A stretch of 64,000 nt of DNA from a virus (lineage: Duplodnaviria > Caudoviricetes). Shown one piece after another: positions 36,210 to 45,311 of this stretch; the first letter of the stretch is position 1, and each line of letters opens with the position of its first letter. The notes beneath the pieces are model-generated. The model saw nothing but the letters and a program-made list of their open reading frames with translations. It ran no database searches and was not told where the DNA came from. The position numbers and the translations under genes are program-made. The stretch spans positions 1 to 64,000 of the IMG/VR virus record IMGVR_UViG_3300038426_000029. One strand, 5' to 3'.

Positions 36210-37405
36210 TTGACATTCAACTCTTTCACTAATCTACGTTGCATACTGATTATAAATGTTATGGTTCCCAGCATCAGAGAAGCTATAAAACTTATACCAC
36301 AGATGAGTGCCATAGATATATTGAGTTTGAATGTTTCGAGATATAAACCTGTCGTGTATAGACCAGAGAATAATGATGTTAAGAATAAGATGGCTGTTGG
36401 TATTCCAATATATGTGTAGGGTCTATTCCATACAGCACCCCAGAATATTATCTCAATGAGTGTCAGACCCTGATATATAAATTTTGTGGGATGTTCTGGT
36501 TTGTTATAAGTGACATTACATGGCACATCTGTTATGTTTAAACCCTTCTCTCTTGCCCTATTAATTATCTCAAGGGATGCTTCCATTCCATCTGCTGTCA
36601 AATGTAGCCTATCAATTGCAAATTTATTATATGCCCTGAAACCGCACTGAGTATCACCAATACCATAGATCATATTAATTCCCTGAACAACAACTCTTCT
36701 ATGGTAAGGCATATTATTTGTTACTGAAAACCTATTACCAACAACAATATCTGAATCTTGAATTTTATCTAAAAACTTTGGAATTTCATTAGGATCATGC
36801 TGTCCATCTCCATCAAGCGTAATGAGGACATCATAATCATTAACCTTAGCATATTTGAAGATTTCTTGTAAAGCTCTGCCATATCCAGACCAATCAAATT
36901 CTAGAACCTTAGCACCATAAGATTTTGCAAGAAAAGCTGTTCCATCTGTTGATCCATTGGAAACAACAAGAACATCACCATATTTCTTGGACTCTTTTAC
37001 TACATCTTTAATGTTATCCTGTTCATTATATGCAGGAATACCAATCAGGATATTATGACCTAATGGAAACTTCACTTTTAGTGTATTATCTAATAGTGCC
37101 ATTTCCTCTGGATCGGTTGATTCTGCATCACAGGCAACAAAATGATAGTGTTCTGGTATTGAGCAGTGTGTAGAATCACAGAAATACCAAGGCTTGATAC
37201 CGACATACTTGTTCATGTATTCTATGAGCTTGGCTTTGACACGTATCTGTTCTTCAAAAGTAGGTTTATCAGAGTGTCTAATTATGCTGGACATCAGACG
37301 AATTTTATGCCCTTTCTTATCTTTAGTTTCCACAACATATACTAATTCATCTGTGTAAATAAGTTTTTCTCGTTGAGGAATAGTACAGAGTGAACATTCA
37401 GACAT
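36206..37405 (-). CDS. HIT-like domain fused to a DPM1-like GT2 (polyprenol-phosphate glycosyltransferase) with C-terminal TM helices
   Basis: N-terminal CSLC..LIYTDELV..RH..EEQ..SIPEHYHF; then IGIPAYNE, TLDGDGQHDP, DTQCGFRAY. Confidence 0.85.
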   Translation of the reverse strand: MSECSLCTIPQREKLIYTDELVYVVETKDKKGHKIRLMSSIIRHSDKPTFEEQIRVKAKLIEYMNKYVGIKPWYFCDSTHCSIPEHYHFVACDAESTDPEEMALLDNTLKVKFPLGHNILIGIPAYNEQDNIKDVVKESKKYGDVLVVSNGSTDGTAFLAKSYGAKVLEFDWSGYGRALQEIFKYAKVNDYDVLITLDGDGQHDPNEIPKFLDKIQDSDIVVGNRFSVTNNMPYHRRVVVQGINMIYGIGDTQCGFRAYNKFAIDRLHLTADGMEASLEIINRAREKGLNITDVPCNVTYNKPEHPTKFIYQGLTLIEIIFWGAVWNRPYTYIGIPTAILFLTSLFSGLYTTGLYLETFKLNISMALICGISFIASLMLGTITFIISMQRRLVKELNVK

Positions 37406-37406
37406 T

Positions 37407-37667
37407 TTAATTACCTCTCAAAATTGAATTCTTTGAGAAATAATCATCATATACCACCAAAATTATTGTATATAAAATCGTTATAATAAGAATTGTTTGT
37501 ATTATTGGGTTATAACTTAAAGCACACAGTGTCCTAGCAGGTTCGGTTTGTATCACAGCCGTTGTATAACCCATTGGACAAAAAACCATGAAACAAAAAA
37601 GAATAGAAATTACATCTACATAGACAGATATATGAAATATTTGTTTTTTGTCTATGTTGATTGACAT
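37407..37667 (-). CDS. Small two-TM protein
   Basis: 86 aa, hydrophobic. Confidence 0.55.
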   Translation of the reverse strand: MSINIDKKQIFHISVYVDVISILFCFMVFCPMGYTTAVIQTEPARTLCALSYNPIIQTILIITILYTIILVVYDDYFSKNSILRGN

Positions 37668-37673
37668 TTTATC

Positions 37674-38351
37674 TTACACAACTGGTTTTAAAGCTGTTTT
37701 CCATTTTTCAGTGAATTCTTTTACAGCTTCCTCTGTTTTGGGATGTTTGTACATCTCATTTAGGACTTTGTACGGAACTGTTACAATATCAGCACCGCTA
37801 TCCATACAGACCTGAACATCCTCTGGACTTCTGATACTTCCACAGATTAGGAGTGGTCTATCACCACTACCAAATCTCTGTAAATATTCGGCTGTTATTC
37901 TGATCTGTTCCTTTGCGTAATCAAAGTTCTTGAAATCAATCATTCTCCTGTAGAAAAGGGAGATATAATATGGTTCTGACTCAAGACCAATGATAGCCTG
38001 ATAAGCAGACATTAGACATGTTAGATTTACTGGAATATGTTTTCTTTTTAAAGCATTTATTAATTCTGATGTGCGAGTATCAATCATAGGTACTTTTACT
38101 ACTACCTTTTCCATACAACACATATAGTATTCTGTTGCTTCATCAACAAGTTTATCTATAGATAAAAATGGATCAATCAACTCAACAGATACATCATATA
38201 TATCATATTGACATATATCATGTATCATCTTCTGTATGTCTTTCACACCAGATTTTGCCATTAGACTTGGGTTGGTTGTAATACCATCACATAAACCAAG
38301 GCTAAGAATCTCATCTATCTCTTTCAAGTCTGCCGAATCTAAGTATAATAT
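37674..38351 (-). CDS. tal: Transaldolase/fructose-6-phosphate aldolase (TalC/Fsa family); probable ATA start
   Basis: GITTNPSL, VVVKVP (Schiff-base Lys), VNLT, SIRS; frame extends to ILYLDSAD, covering the conserved Asp, with GGAGG 10 nt upstream. Confidence 0.9.
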   Translation of the reverse strand: MLYLDSADLKEIDEILSLGLCDGITTNPSLMAKSGVKDIQKMIHDICQYDIYDVSVELIDPFLSIDKLVDEATEYYMCCMEKVVVKVPMIDTRTSELINALKRKHIPVNLTCLMSAYQAIIGLESEPYYISLFYRRMIDFKNFDYAKEQIRITAEYLQRFGSGDRPLLICGSIRSPEDVQVCMDSGADIVTVPYKVLNEMYKHPKTEEAVKEFTEKWKTALKPVV

Positions 38352-38746
38352 AGCCCAACATCCTCCATATACGTTTTTAACATTTCTTCATTTATCTCAG
38401 TCTTTTTGTTCAGTTTAGTAATCATATCTATAGCAGTTAGAACTGTTATTTTTTCGTGTCTAGCTAGATATAGTGCGACCACAAACGCTGAACGAGACTT
38501 ACCTTCACGACAATGAATTAGTATTCTCTTTCTTTTATTAACTTGTTCTCTAATCTTCTTCAAGACTAGATTATAGTGCTTAATAGGATTGTGACCATCC
38601 ACTAGATGGAACTTATAATCCTCAAATCCTGTATCACTTCCACCCACATTTATAACGAAACAAATATTATTACTTCTAAGATCGTCTAAAGTATATTTAT
38701 CGTTTCCTATAAATATATCTTCTGTTATTTTTGTTATCGACATCAT
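38339..38746 (-). CDS. Dual-specificity (Cys-based) phosphatase
   Basis: ILIHCREGKSRS (HCxxGxSRS) P-loop. Confidence 0.9.
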   Translation of the reverse strand: MMSITKITEDIFIGNDKYTLDDLRSNNICFVINVGGSDTGFEDYKFHLVDGHNPIKHYNLVLKKIREQVNKRKRILIHCREGKSRSAFVVALYLARHEKITVLTAIDMITKLNKKTEINEEMLKTYMEDVGLYYT

Positions 38747-39312
38747 GTTACCTTCAATACATTTATTTCCGATACTAATGCATGTGCTAAGACACTATGT
38801 ATTCCCTCAACTATATAAGGATTTCTTGTATCTACACAGAGTGAAATATCACATAACTCTTTTAAATTACCACCATTATTGCCTATAAAAGCATATCTAT
38901 AACCGTGCATAGATTTAAAATACTTTGCTAAATTAAACAAATTAGAACTCCACAACTCATCATTCGGACTCTTGCCACTTGAACCATTCACACTAGCCAT
39001 AATGAGAATGTCACCATTCTTGATCCTACCCTTGACAACGGAAGAGTAAACATCATCCCAACCATCATCATTTATCTTGGCTGTGAGGGAGGGGACATTA
39101 TCTGTTATGCAGATTGCTTGTATTCCAAGGTTTGTAAGGTCTGATGCTAAGTGACTCATCGTTGCTGACGAACCACCATTACCAACTAACCACACCGTAG
39201 CATTAAAACGGTGTGCCCTGATGAAAATTGCATTTGCAATATCTTTTATAAGAATTATATTCGTTTCTGGTAAATATTTTACAACTTCATCAATTACCTG
39301 TCTAGCTGTCAC
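38743..39312 (-). CDS. gmhA: Sedoheptulose-7-phosphate isomerase (SIS domain)
   Basis: LVGNGGSSATMSHLASDL, TDNVPSLTA..NDDG, VEGIHS. Confidence 0.88.
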   Translation of the reverse strand: MTARQVIDEVVKYLPETNIILIKDIANAIFIRAHRFNATVWLVGNGGSSATMSHLASDLTNLGIQAICITDNVPSLTAKINDDGWDDVYSSVVKGRIKNGDILIMASVNGSSGKSPNDELWSSNLFNLAKYFKSMHGYRYAFIGNNGGNLKELCDISLCVDTRNPYIVEGIHSVLAHALVSEINVLKVT

Positions 39313-40243
39313 CTGCTATCACCTCTGAGCCTGTATATGTCATTTTGAATGGAACATATGCCCTACTCTCGAAACAACCAGACTGAAGAATTTTTGTTCT
39401 TGTTTTATTATCTGGAATAACTACCATGAGGAATCCACCACTACCTGCACCGACTAATTTTCCACCAATAGCACCGTTTTGTCTCAATTCATCATAGAGA
39501 TTATCTATCTCTGGTGTAGACATCTCAGGTGAAATTGTCTTTTTAATTTTCCAGTGATCATCCATAAGTTCACCAAGTTTTTGATAATCCAGATTCATAA
39601 TAGCCTTAGCGGATTCTCTACCAATCTCTTCAATATCTTTAAGTTGCCGTGTGGATTCCTTTACAGTATTGAGTATCCTTCCCGAATCACGTATATTTGA
39701 GGTATAAATTAACATTAAGTGGTTTGTAAGTTCTGGTTCTGTGAGAATTATATCATCAACTTTACCATCCCTACCAATCATATAAACTCTAGTTCCACCA
39801 AAAGAAGCCGAATATTGATCCTGCTTTCCGATGGGTCTTGAAAGATTGTTCCGTTCAATGGAATATGCCTGTTCAGCCAAGTCGGTTTTACTTATTGTAG
39901 GATTAAATGCCTTTATTGCACCAACTGTGAAAGCACCAGAAGAACCTAATCCTGAACTTCCGGGTAGATCAGCAAATGTGATAAATTCCTGATTCTGCCA
40001 TATGTTAAACTTCTTGAATATCTCCCTGATTATTGGATGTTGAATATCTCGATTGCCTTTAGTAATTTCTAGATTTGAATAAACTATTCTAAGTTCTTTC
40101 TCAAACCTAGTGTTTATAGCTATATATATGTATTTGTCGATTGTAGCTGAAATCCAGAAACCACCGTTTTCTTGATAGTATTCTGGTATGTCTGTTCCAC
40201 CACCCCCAAGTGTTATACGTAAAGGTGTTCTTGTAATGATCAT
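39302..40243 (-). CDS. hddA: D-glycero-D-manno-heptose-7-phosphate kinase (GHMP family)
   Basis: TRTPLRITLGGGGTD, GSSGLGSSG, GKQDQY...FGG, GGKLVGAGSGGF. Confidence 0.9.
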   Translation of the reverse strand: MIITRTPLRITLGGGGTDIPEYYQENGGFWISATIDKYIYIAINTRFEKELRIVYSNLEITKGNRDIQHPIIREIFKKFNIWQNQEFITFADLPGSSGLGSSGAFTVGAIKAFNPTISKTDLAEQAYSIERNNLSRPIGKQDQYSASFGGTRVYMIGRDGKVDDIILTEPELTNHLMLIYTSNIRDSGRILNTVKESTRQLKDIEEIGRESAKAIMNLDYQKLGELMDDHWKIKKTISPEMSTPEIDNLYDELRQNGAIGGKLVGAGSGGFLMVVIPDNKTRTKILQSGCFESRAYVPFKMTYTGSEVIAGDS

Positions 40244-40872
40244 ACTAAACGACCACCACTGGTTTTTGGCACATGAAATATAAGTGAATAATGTGTTTGT
40301 AAATCATTCATCTTTTTCTTTTTACAATTTCCTACCTCAAAAATCATAACATCACCATTTTGCTTTTTTGCATAAACATCTACAGCATAACGATGTCCAT
40401 TAATTGTTATAAATCTCTCTGTTTCTACAACCATACCAAGAGAACGTATTTCGTTTGCTATTTTATTTTTTATAGTTTTATGTTCATCAGACTCTCTTGA
40501 AATATTAAGATATTTAGCATCATTTTCAAAATATATATGAAGTTTATTACTAATTGAATCTAATGTTTTTTGTGAATAGACATTTGTTTTTCCTTTATTC
40601 CAAGGAATGTGCCCTATATTAGCATCACTAATTCTTTTTACACTTTCATTATTATACTTAGTTTTACCAATATTCCAAACGGTTCGTTCACCATTTTCAT
40701 ATAATTTTTTTAAACTTTTAGATGTCTTTTCTTTTTGTTCTTCTGAAACACACATACCTTTCTTAGTTTTTGATATATTATCCCCCCATTCCCTGCTTCT
40801 GGGCTTTCCATTAAACGGATGTATGTGTACCTTGCCACACTTACGGCAGAGTCCATAGTTATGTCCTTTCAC
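40240..40872 (-). CDS. NUMOD3-repeat protein with C-terminal PD-(D/E)xK-like nuclease domain (copy 1)
   Basis: Basic NUMOD3-like repeats; C-terminal ERFITINGHRYAVDVYA...IFEVG shared with three paralogs. Confidence 0.7.
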   Translation of the reverse strand: MKGHNYGLCRKCGKVHIHPFNGKPRSREWGDNISKTKKGMCVSEEQKEKTSKSLKKLYENGERTVWNIGKTKYNNESVKRISDANIGHIPWNKGKTNVYSQKTLDSISNKLHIYFENDAKYLNISRESDEHKTIKNKIANEIRSLGMVVETERFITINGHRYAVDVYAKKQNGDVMIFEVGNCKKKKMNDLQTHYSLIFHVPKTSGGRLV

Positions 40873-40914
40873 TTTTTAAATCACCAGAAACAACACATTC
40901 TAACAATAGACATT

Positions 40915-41586
40915 CTATTTAGATTTCTCCATAGGTTTCGATTTATTAACACAATATAGTACTATCAAGATGTTTATAAACCTGTTGATCATAAAATAAG
41001 GTGAATTCCAATAACTAGCTATAATACTACTATTCTCTGTTGGAACTGGTGATCTAAAATATAAGAATAATATTGAAATGATAACACCAGATAAAACAGC
41101 AATTATTGTTTTTCTATCACTTTTCCATCCACAGGTAATATATATGAAAAGAACAAACAAAAGACCAACAAGCTGTAAGAAAATATCTATCACAAATCCT
41201 TTTTGAAGTACGTTATATATAATTGTTGGTGCTTCCCAGAAAAATCTTCCTACACCAACAGACACAACCGAAATAGCAAATGCTTGTGGGAAGTCCCATT
41301 TTCTATCAACCATAAGGTACATTATAAATGAAAGACCAATAAAACCATAAAAAGATATTAAATATGTTATAGAAGTAGCATTTAATATATATGTTAAATA
41401 TGATCCATTAGACTGTATAAATGTATAAAATACTTGCATAAATAGTGTAAATAAAAGACCAATATACAAAAATATATATATTTTGTTTAACTTTGATGTT
41501 TTATAGTAGTAGAACATTATTGCAAAAGCAGGAAGTATCCACATCACAAAATATGCTAATAGTGACATTAAAGTTGCTTCATCCAT
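40915..41586 (-). CDS. Multi-pass membrane protein (array member, weakly related)
   Basis: 223 aa, about 6-7 TM helices. Confidence 0.65.
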   Translation of the reverse strand: MDEATLMSLLAYFVMWILPAFAIMFYYYKTSKLNKIYIFLYIGLLFTLFMQVFYTFIQSNGSYLTYILNATSITYLISFYGFIGLSFIMYLMVDRKWDFPQAFAISVVSVGVGRFFWEAPTIIYNVLQKGFVIDIFLQLVGLLFVLFIYITCGWKSDRKTIIAVLSGVIISILFLYFRSPVPTENSSIIASYWNSPYFMINRFINILIVLYCVNKSKPMEKSK

Positions 41587-41588
41587 TT

Positions 41589-42257
41589 TTAAAACCTTGG
41601 TGATTCAATTTTATAATTTTCTTCTTTACCATGCTCAACTAGGTAGTAAAATAGGAAGAACGTTGTTGTACGCATAAACAGCCAAAAGACATTGGCGTTT
41701 GGATCATAATTATAGGAACTACCGACGGCAAAGTGTGTCCAGAAACCATTAATCCACAAAGCAAGATAACCAATTCCCTGTAAAAGTAGAAGCCCTACTG
41801 TCTTTAGTTTATCAGAAATACTCAACTTTTTCTTCAATATTGGATAGTGTTTATTCAAAATTAGAAGAATCCAGTAAAACCACACAATTACGGTCACATC
41901 CGTGATGAACATGATATTCCAAACACCATTTATTGCAAAGTTATTGAAGTCCCATAGAAATCCACCAAAGTAACTATGTATGGCAACTATGAGAAAAGAA
42001 GCAACTATTCTAGTTATAATAGGAATATGTTTTAATACTCTTTGATACATCATAAAAGCAATTGAAAACAATATCATAGAATAACTATGAACATAATTAA
42101 TTGTGAATGGAATCTGTGATACTGCATATATACTTTTGGTCTGTAAAATAGGAATGGTACAATATATAATGATCAAAATTGGAATAACCCAAGTCACTAT
42201 AACATTTATATTTTTACTTAGTTTTGGGTTGTTCATGTTTCTTCGTTCGTTCCTCAT
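41589..42257 (-). CDS. Multi-pass membrane protein (array member)
   Basis: 222 aa; DPNANVFW resembles the DPHNWLW motif of neighbours. Confidence 0.65.
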   Translation of the reverse strand: MRNERRNMNNPKLSKNINVIVTWVIPILIIIYCTIPILQTKSIYAVSQIPFTINYVHSYSMILFSIAFMMYQRVLKHIPIITRIVASFLIVAIHSYFGGFLWDFNNFAINGVWNIMFITDVTVIVWFYWILLILNKHYPILKKKLSISDKLKTVGLLLLQGIGYLALWINGFWTHFAVGSSYNYDPNANVFWLFMRTTTFFLFYYLVEHGKEENYKIESPRF

Positions 42258-42765
42258 GTTGCTTTTTGTTAAGTATCATTGGGTATAGGAACCATACGCC
42301 AAGTCCCTTGTTAATCATCCACAGCCAATCATGTGGATTTGGTGTTGTCATACCAGAAGCCAACCAAGCACGTACTAGTGGATAGTAACCTGTAAATGTG
42401 AAGATATAAAATGTTGAAAGTTCAATCAAATATAAAGCAATGCTCAGTTTGGTTAGATGTATGAATTTAAACAAATAATTACAGACAATAAGTGCTACAA
42501 ACAATCCGATAACCACAACAATATACTGCATAAAATAGGAATTTATATTTGTCTCATATGTCATATACTGCCAAATGGATTCATAAAGATCATTTCCAAA
42601 AGCACCCAATAAATAAGCTAACATAAGGGCATAGACAATGTTTGTATATCTAGATATTTTATAGAAAGCCACAAAACAGAAAACTGCATATGTTACAAAT
42701 GACCAAACGTGAAGCTGATAACCACCAATATGAACTTCTAATAATAAAAGATTATAAATCCACAA
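42214..42765 (-). CDS. Multi-pass membrane protein, paralog of 42777-43337
   Basis: HVWS, NDLYESIW, TPNPHDWLWMINKGLG. Confidence 0.7.
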   Translation of the reverse strand: MWIYNLLLLEVHIGGYQLHVWSFVTYAVFCFVAFYKISRYTNIVYALMLAYLLGAFGNDLYESIWQYMTYETNINSYFMQYIVVVIGLFVALIVCNYLFKFIHLTKLSIALYLIELSTFYIFTFTGYYPLVRAWLASGMTTPNPHDWLWMINKGLGVWFLYPMILNKKQHEERTKKHEQPKTK

Positions 42766-42776
42766 CCAGAAGTCGA

Positions 42777-43337
42777 TTATTGACGTTTTCTCTTTCCCCC
42801 CTTCAATCTTAAATTTCGCTGTTCCTTACTCAATATAAGCGGATATAAAGCAAAAGCACCCAAACCCTTATTGATCATCCATAACCAATTATGTGGGTCT
42901 GGTGTTTGTCCACCAGACAAGAACCAAGGTCTAAGTACCTCATAATGCCCTGTGAAATATAATACAAAAAATGAAAGAATTTCAAGAGAAATTAAAATAA
43001 CAAAAGTTTTATTTATTCTTAAAAATACTGTTTTTCTATTAACGACAAACAAAAGGACAACAAGAGAACTTAGAATTATCATATCTTGTGGTATTAACAC
43101 TGTTCTGGATGGAATCTGTGCAAAGGCTGTCCAGATAGTTTCATAAAAATCATTTGCTATTATACCAACTAAAAGAGTTAATAATGCACTAATAACAATA
43201 TTATAATACTTGGAGATTTTATAAAATGCAACTAAACAAAAGGCAATATATACAACCAAAGACCACACGTGGATATTACCAAGAGAAGGTATTGTGGAAA
43301 GTAAAAAAAGATAAAATTCTTCAAACATTAGAGCCAT
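42777..43337 (-). CDS. Multi-pass membrane protein, paralog of 42214-42765
   Basis: HVWS, NDFYETIW, TPDPHNWLWMINKGLG. Confidence 0.7.
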   Translation of the reverse strand: MALMFEEFYLFLLSTIPSLGNIHVWSLVVYIAFCLVAFYKISKYYNIVISALLTLLVGIIANDFYETIWTAFAQIPSRTVLIPQDMIILSSLVVLLFVVNRKTVFLRINKTFVILISLEILSFFVLYFTGHYEVLRPWFLSGGQTPDPHNWLWMINKGLGAFALYPLILSKEQRNLRLKGGKRKRQ

Positions 43338-43744
43338 TGCCCTTTATTCTTTCTCTTGGGTGCTAATCCTGTTAAGTATCCTAATGCACCAACTGTTAAT
43401 GAATAGTTCCAGAAAGCGGCAACCAGAATTGCACAAATATCCGCTATAATTAATGGTAAAATACTAACAAGAGATGAAAGAACTAAATAATTTACGGCAG
43501 TTCCACCTATACCACAAATAATAGCATAATTACCAAAACTCCAAATTTTCTTATAAAAACTTGCAATTGGACCTGAATCATCAGAAATCTTATCCAAACC
43601 GAGAAGAATTAATCTAGACATTGGGTTGTCAATTGTTTGTGTAGATTCATTTACCTCAATAACCTTCTTATTCTCAGCTACTTTGAGTTGTGACTTTAAG
43701 TTTTCAACTTGTTGCTTGAGTAATTCTAATTCTGTTGTTGACAT
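43328..43744 (-). CDS. GtrA-like membrane protein (lipid-linked sugar flippase) with N-terminal coiled coil
   Basis: FGNYAIICGIGGTAVNY...AILVAAFWNYSL pattern. Confidence 0.65.
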   Translation of the reverse strand: MSTTELELLKQQVENLKSQLKVAENKKVIEVNESTQTIDNPMSRLILLGLDKISDDSGPIASFYKKIWSFGNYAIICGIGGTAVNYLVLSSLVSILPLIIADICAILVAAFWNYSLTVGALGYLTGLAPKRKNKGQWL

Positions 43745-43759
43745 TAAAAAACCTTCAGT

Positions 43760-43876
43760 TTATGCCTTAGATAATTGTTTCCTTAACTTTGCCAAACGTA
43801 CTCTAGCAACAACCTCCCAGATGAATATACCACCTAGCATTGATGCCGCTACAGTAAATATGAAATCTGTTTCTAT
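43760..43876 (-). CDS. Small single-TM protein (38 aa); probable ATA start
   Basis: GAGGTG RBS 8 nt upstream; ATA overlaps the TAG of the upstream gene (ATAG). Confidence 0.4.
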   Translation of the reverse strand: METDFIFTVAASMLGGIFIWEVVARVRLAKLRKQLSKA

Positions 43877-44010
43877 TGTCTTTTCACCTCTTTTTTCTTT
43901 TCTTCCTCAGATACTGCTTTCTCTAAAGCGGTTTTAATAAAAGAATGGATGTTGATTCCAAGTTTGGATATTCTTATAACTAGCTCGTCTGGTATATAAT
44001 ATGTTCCCAT
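43873..44010 (-). CDS. Ribbon-helix-helix DNA-binding protein (45 aa)
   Basis: Manual translation MGTYYIPDELVIRISKLGINIHSFIKTALEKAV. Confidence 0.6.
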   Translation of the reverse strand: MGTYYIPDELVIRISKLGINIHSFIKTALEKAVSEEEKKKEVKRQ

Positions 44011-44073
44011 CTTACAATCGTGTTATAATAATAATAACATAGATATATAAATGTTATGTTTTCCCTGACTTTT

Positions 44074-44391
44074 TTAGAATACAGATATTATAGACTCAAA
44101 CATGCTTTTCTTTTTCTTTTGTGGTGTTGGTTTCTTCTTTGATGTGAGTGGCTTTACAATAGCACTTCCTATTCTAACAGCCCTGTTACCCTTGATGTTG
44201 GTTTCTATCCACATATCTGCTTTTACTTTGCTTGTTTCTACATACGGTTTGAATTTTCTTTCTGTATGTATTGCTGTCTTAACCAGTGGCTTGACAAGAC
44301 CCCTCATCCGTTTTGGTGATCTAACATAAACTTGAGCAAGAGTCTGTGTAGCTTGTTCACCCAATTCATCTATTCTATTTCTTTTAGACAT
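44074..44391 (-). CDS. Basic hypothetical protein, possibly nucleic-acid binding
   Basis: 105 aa, Lys/Arg-rich. Confidence 0.6.
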   Translation of the reverse strand: MSKRNRIDELGEQATQTLAQVYVRSPKRMRGLVKPLVKTAIHTERKFKPYVETSKVKADMWIETNIKGNRAVRIGSAIVKPLTSKKKPTPQKKKKSMFESIISVF

Positions 44392-44474
44392 GGTTGATCA
44401 TACTATATATGTGTTTATAAAGGTTATGTTAATGTATATTTGTTAACGGTTGATCATTACTGTTAAACCATAAT

Positions 44475-44488
44475 CCTTATATAATAGT
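44475..44488 (+). promoter_or_regulatory. TATA-containing promoter shared by the nuclease genes
   Basis: CCTTATATAATAGT, identical to the reverse complement of 50691-50704. Confidence 0.7.
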
Positions 44489-44503
44489 CTCGTACACTAT
44501 GGA

Positions 44504-45220
44504 TTGATTGAAATGCCAAAGAAAGGAGAACACCCATCAGATGTAACAAGAAAACTACAGAGTGAGGCTAAGAAAGGTAAGCATCTCTCAGACACAACAA
44601 AAAAGCTATTAAGTGAGATTAATAAAGGTGAGAATAACCCCATGTTTGGTGTGACAGGTGAAAAATGCCCTGCGTTTGGTATACATTTAACTGGTGAGAA
44701 AACCTCTATGTTTGGCAAACATCACACAAAGGAAACAAAAAAACTAATTGGTGATGCTAATAGAGGTGAAAAAAGTCCTATGTTTGGTAAAACTGGTGGG
44801 TTATGCCCTAATTATGGCAGACATCACACGCAAGAGGAAAGAGTAAAAATAAGTGTAGCACACCAACTACGTGTTCATCACACCAAAGGTGGAGGTACAT
44901 CCCACCTAGTTACTATAGCACTCATTAGTAGTCGATTAGAGAGTCTGGGATGGAAAGTTGAAAGTTGGTGTACAACAGGAGAGAGATTTATCACGATAGA
45001 TAAACACAAATACTCACCTGATATTTATGCTACAAAGGATAATAATAATCCAATTTTGGTTGAGGTTGGAAGTTGCACAACACAAAAACTATGCCACTTA
45101 ATGTCCCATTATCCTGTGGTATTACATGTGTCAAAGCTGAAAATGGAGTTAGAATTTCAATTCTCTAAGAATGAAATGTCCACACTATATAAATGGAATT
45201 TATTTAACAGGCTACTTTAA
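44504..45220 (+). CDS. NUMOD3-repeat/PD-(D/E)xK-like nuclease (copy 2)
   Basis: GEKNPMFGK/HHTxETK repeats; C-terminal HLVTIALISSRLESLGW...YSPDIYA...LVEVGSC; likely ATG at 44513. Confidence 0.8.
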   Translation: MIEMPKKGEHPSDVTRKLQSEAKKGKHLSDTTKKLLSEINKGENNPMFGVTGEKCPAFGIHLTGEKTSMFGKHHTKETKKLIGDANRGEKSPMFGKTGGLCPNYGRHHTQEERVKISVAHQLRVHHTKGGGTSHLVTIALISSRLESLGWKVESWCTTGERFITIDKHKYSPDIYATKDNNNPILVEVGSCTTQKLCHLMSHYPVVLHVSKLKMELEFQFSKNEMSTLYKWNLFNRLL

Positions 45221-45311
45221 CTACTTAATCTCAAATGTTTGCTAAACATACCATCTATTAGGCTTGTCCTATTATTTTCGTCTTTTATTTCTCTAGGTAT
45301 GTTTAATCACA

